This document shows, one piece after another, positions 61,464 to 64,000 of a stretch of 64,000 nt of DNA (the first letter of the stretch is position 1; each line of letters opens with the position of its first letter). The notes beneath the pieces were generated by a model. It was given only the letters and a program-made list of their open reading frames with translations. It was not told the DNA's origin and did not search any database. The stretch comes from Myxococcota bacterium (lineage in GTDB: Bacteria > Myxococcota_A > SURF-8): assembly GCA_963674735.2 (NCBI GenBank), contig CAXXQS010000001.1:1920001-1984000 (forward strand). The letters run 5' to 3'. The translations under genes and the position numbers were made by a program.

Positions 61464-61878
61464 TCAAGGCCACTAAAAATATCGGATTCCAGAAAAAGGA
61501 AACGAATACCGCCGAATTCCTCTAACTGACTGTAATCATTAATGTCATCCGACAATCCCATCCGAGGGCTTATCCGACGCTATCCGATGATTCATTCGAC
61601 CAAACGAATCAAAACGAATATCGGATAAAGGGATCTTTCCTGACGAAAACCGGGTGTCCACCGTCAGCGAGTTTGGGACAGTTGGTTAGGGAGAATTAAG
61701 GGAGACTCTGAGTCGAAGAGAAAGCGGTTGTTGGGGCGGCGCGGGAGTTTCCGGGACCGTAGGGATTATCCCGGACGCGACCTCAGACGCCCCGCCCCGA
61801 AGCTCGTTGCAGCGTCGGGACCGCTTCCACGATTGACCATCCGTTCCGGGCCGGGTACAACCTCTGAAGGAGGAGACC

Positions 61879-62202
61879 ATGGCCGATGTCGTCAGACAAA
61901 TCCGCAAAAACACCCGTCGCAAGTTTGCCGCCGACGAGAAGATCCGCATTGTCGTCGAATCGTTGCGCGGCGAGATTCCCATTTCCGAGCTTTGCCGCCG
62001 GGAAGGCATCCAGCCCAGCCTGTTCTATCGCTGGTCCAAACAGTTTCTGGAGGCCGCCAAGAACGGGTTAACGCGTGAGACGAAACGTGATGCCTCGGAC
62101 GACGAGGTGCGCGAGCTGAAGTCGGAGAACGAGCAGCTCAAGATCGCCCTGGCCGAGGCGCATCTGACTGTCTTGCGATATAAAAAAAGCCTCGGCTCGT
62201 AA
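61879..62202 (+). CDS. Transposase OrfA (HTH)
   Basis: RRKFAADEKIRIV...ISELCRREGI...FYRWSKQFLEA. Confidence 0.9.
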   Translation: MADVVRQIRKNTRRKFAADEKIRIVVESLRGEIPISELCRREGIQPSLFYRWSKQFLEAAKNGLTRETKRDASDDEVRELKSENEQLKIALAEAHLTVLRYKKSLGS

Positions 62203-62219
62203 GCGTCCGGTACAAGCGG

Positions 62220-63221
62220 ATGCAAGCCGAAATGAAACGGGCGGTGCTCGATGCCGTGGCGCGTTCGCCGTTTTCGGTGCGCAAGACTCTGCATGATCTC
62301 GATGTGCCGCCATCGACCTATTACCGTTGGAAGAAGGCCTATGCGTCGAGTGGTGAAGCGGCGCTTGTGGACAAGAGCCCGTACAGGGGCCGGGTGTGGA
62401 ACCAACTGCTCGATGTCGAGCGATCGGAGATTTTGCGTCTGGCGGCCGAGTTCCCGGAGAAGTCCTCGCGGGAACTGGCCGTGCATCTCACGGATCACGG
62501 CGCCTTCGCCGTATCCGAGTCGACGGTCTATCGTACGCTCAAACGAGCCGGGCTGGTCTTTCCGCGTCCGGTGAAAACCTTTCCGGCGTCAGCGGAGTAC
62601 CGCTACAAGCCGAAGCGGGTCAACGAGCAGTGGCAGACCGACGCCAGTTATTTCAAGGCCGTATCCTGGGGCTGGTATTACCTGATTTCGGTCTTGGACG
62701 ACAAAAGCCGCAAGATTTTGGCCTGGCGCTTACAGCCCACGATGCGGGCGCCGGATTTCTCTGAGGTGATCGAGGCAGCCTGCGAGTTTACCGGTGTGGA
62801 TCGGATGGGAACGAAGCCGCGCATTCTGTCGGATCGCGGCAGCGCGCTCATCAGCGGCGAACTGGCGGAGTACCTTCAAATCAAAGGCATTCACCACATT
62901 TTCGCCGCCCCGTACCACCCACAGACCAACGGCAAGATCGAGCGCTATCACCGCAGCCTGAAAGAGCGTGTGAATCAGAACGTGCACGAAACGCCGATTC
63001 AGATCGAAAGCGAGATCCGGGCCTTCATCGACTGGTACAACAGCCGCCGATACCACGAAGCCCTTGGCAACGTCACGCCGGATGACGTATATTTCGACAG
63101 AAAGGAGGCGATCTTACGAAAACAAGCCGAATTGGAGCGAAGAACCCTTGAAAACCGAAAGATCAGGAACCGAAACCACCCGGACAGGAACGAACAACAA
63201 ATGGCTCAACCTCTCCCTTAG
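62220..63221 (+). CDS. Transposase OrfB (DDE)
   Basis: WQTDASY, LSDRGS, HPQTNGKIERYHRSLK, YNSRRYHEAL. Confidence 0.93.
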   Translation: MQAEMKRAVLDAVARSPFSVRKTLHDLDVPPSTYYRWKKAYASSGEAALVDKSPYRGRVWNQLLDVERSEILRLAAEFPEKSSRELAVHLTDHGAFAVSESTVYRTLKRAGLVFPRPVKTFPASAEYRYKPKRVNEQWQTDASYFKAVSWGWYYLISVLDDKSRKILAWRLQPTMRAPDFSEVIEAACEFTGVDRMGTKPRILSDRGSALISGELAEYLQIKGIHHIFAAPYHPQTNGKIERYHRSLKERVNQNVHETPIQIESEIRAFIDWYNSRRYHEALGNVTPDDVYFDRKEAILRKQAELERRTLENRKIRNRNHPDRNEQQMAQPLP

Positions 63222-63265
63222 AAATAAACCAACATTTGTCCCACTTTCGCTGAAGATGTACATGT

Positions 63266-63499
63266 ACGCTACGCCGAGAATGCCTGGACAACATACTCTT
63301 TCTCAACGAATGGCATCTGATGCGGGTGCTGAGAGAATACCAGGACTGGTACAATCACGAGCGTTACCACCAAGGGATCAAGGGTATTCCTGCGCCAGCT
63401 ACGGACATTGCAGATAGCAGGAATCTTGAAGGCAACGGCCGCTTGGTTGCCAAGCCGATTCTGAACGGCTTGTATCACAGCTATAGGCTGGCGGCTTAG
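63266..63499 (+). pseudogene. 3' remnant of an integrase-core transposase, cut by the adjacent IS
   Basis: Manual translation TLRRECLDNILFLNEWHLMRVLREYQDWYNHERYHQGI...PILNGLYHSYRLAA*; candidate element end ggatcgagttttcgggtagcac near 63708-63729. Confidence 0.8.
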
Positions 63500-63936
63500 C
63501 TTCGACTGTCGATCCTGGCATCTACGATCTCATTGAGATCACAGGACAGCTTTGACCTGAATTCGGAATTTCGTTGATTCCCCCACTTGTCAAAGAGCGA
63601 CTTGAACTCTAAAAAGTCGACCGGGCGTTCGTCAGGCCGGAAACGGCTTCACAACTTCGTCTCAATCCACCCGATTTCATCTTCCATCAAACCGCCGAAA
63701 CCGCCCGGATCGAGTTTTCGGGTAGCACGATACACGAGAGCAACGGCTAGATAAGTGAAAACAAAATTTATAACCCAAAAGGATGGCAGCCCGATTTAAA
63801 ATGGGATAAATTGCTTGTTATTAAAGACAAAATACTATAGTTATCTATCCTAAGTGAAAACAATATGTTTTCACATTCTTCGCAATTGAGCTTCTTTTTT
63901 CTTGCCTCTTTCCCCTCGTCCACCGATACTGAAGCT

Positions 63937-64000
63937 ATGAAACGGACGAAACTCAACATATTCGATTACGCCGACTTCAGACAGTTCATCGAGGACCGCC
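63937..64000 (+). CDS. Partial CDS, probable TIGR02147-family protein N-terminus
   Basis: MKRTKLNIFDYADFRQFIEDR matches the IF.Y.DYR.FL start of that family; only 21 codons visible. Confidence 0.5.
   Translation, partial: MKRTKLNIFDYADFRQFIEDR

Larger units (their letters stand above)
61655..63262 (+). mobile_element. IS3-type insertion sequence (copy 3, distinct subgroup)
   Basis: IRs TGTCCACCGTCAGCGAGTTTGGGACA and (reverse complement) TGTACATCTTCAGCGAAAGTGGGACA; A7G slippery site at 62182-62189; no target duplication. Confidence 0.9.
31564..64000. mobile_element. Degenerate genomic island inserted at tRNA-Pro(GGG); right end not identified
   Basis: Starts at the tRNA 3' end; visibly more AT-rich (strongest about 40500-46800); multiple IS and remnants; no housekeeping genes. 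No integrase or attR copy was seen by eye. Confidence 0.65.

Noticed and set aside
63269-63478. Minus-strand 69-aa ORF
   Set aside because: Antisense frame of the integrase-core remnant on the plus strand.
31564-64000. Prophage or anti-phage defence island
   Set aside because: No phage structural, replication, nuclease, NTPase or RT genes were recognised.

Overview
Bacterial chromosomal window, probably from a Myxococcota-like or deltaproteobacterial lineage (inferred from the tilS-ftsH-folP-dacA-cdaR-glmM and infC-rpmI-rplT-ihfA-MerR-tRNA-Pro gene orders and from many Cys-rich lipoproteins). Bases 1-31563 are GC-rich backbone: lipoproteins with acidic DGD-repeat linkers (including an apparently circularly permuted esterase and two tandem Cys-rich paralogs), small enzymes, a Na+/solute symporter, the c-di-AMP module, a sulfatase-like protein, tRNA-Val(GAC), a shortened infC cluster (IF3 apparently starting at AUC; thrS and pheST absent) and tRNA-Pro(GGG). 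After tRNA-Pro lies an IS-rich island (three IS3-type elements, one IS481, transposase remnants). Its core is two divergently transcribed giant lipoprotein genes flanking a NarL-type two-component system. The two proteins share an ungapped N-terminal module (50/82 residues identical by manual alignment) but have different stalks and C-termini. One (about 2,740 aa once a 1-nt frameshift is repaired) ends in a long helical region with a Tc-toxin-A-like tail. The other (about 3,600 aa) has about 25 Ig repeats, an FG-GAP-like region and Ser/Thr-rich amphipathic beta-hairpins. This pair is the best candidate for an undescribed system, possibly surface-displayed pore-forming proteins. All family assignments come from motif recognition by eye, not database searches.
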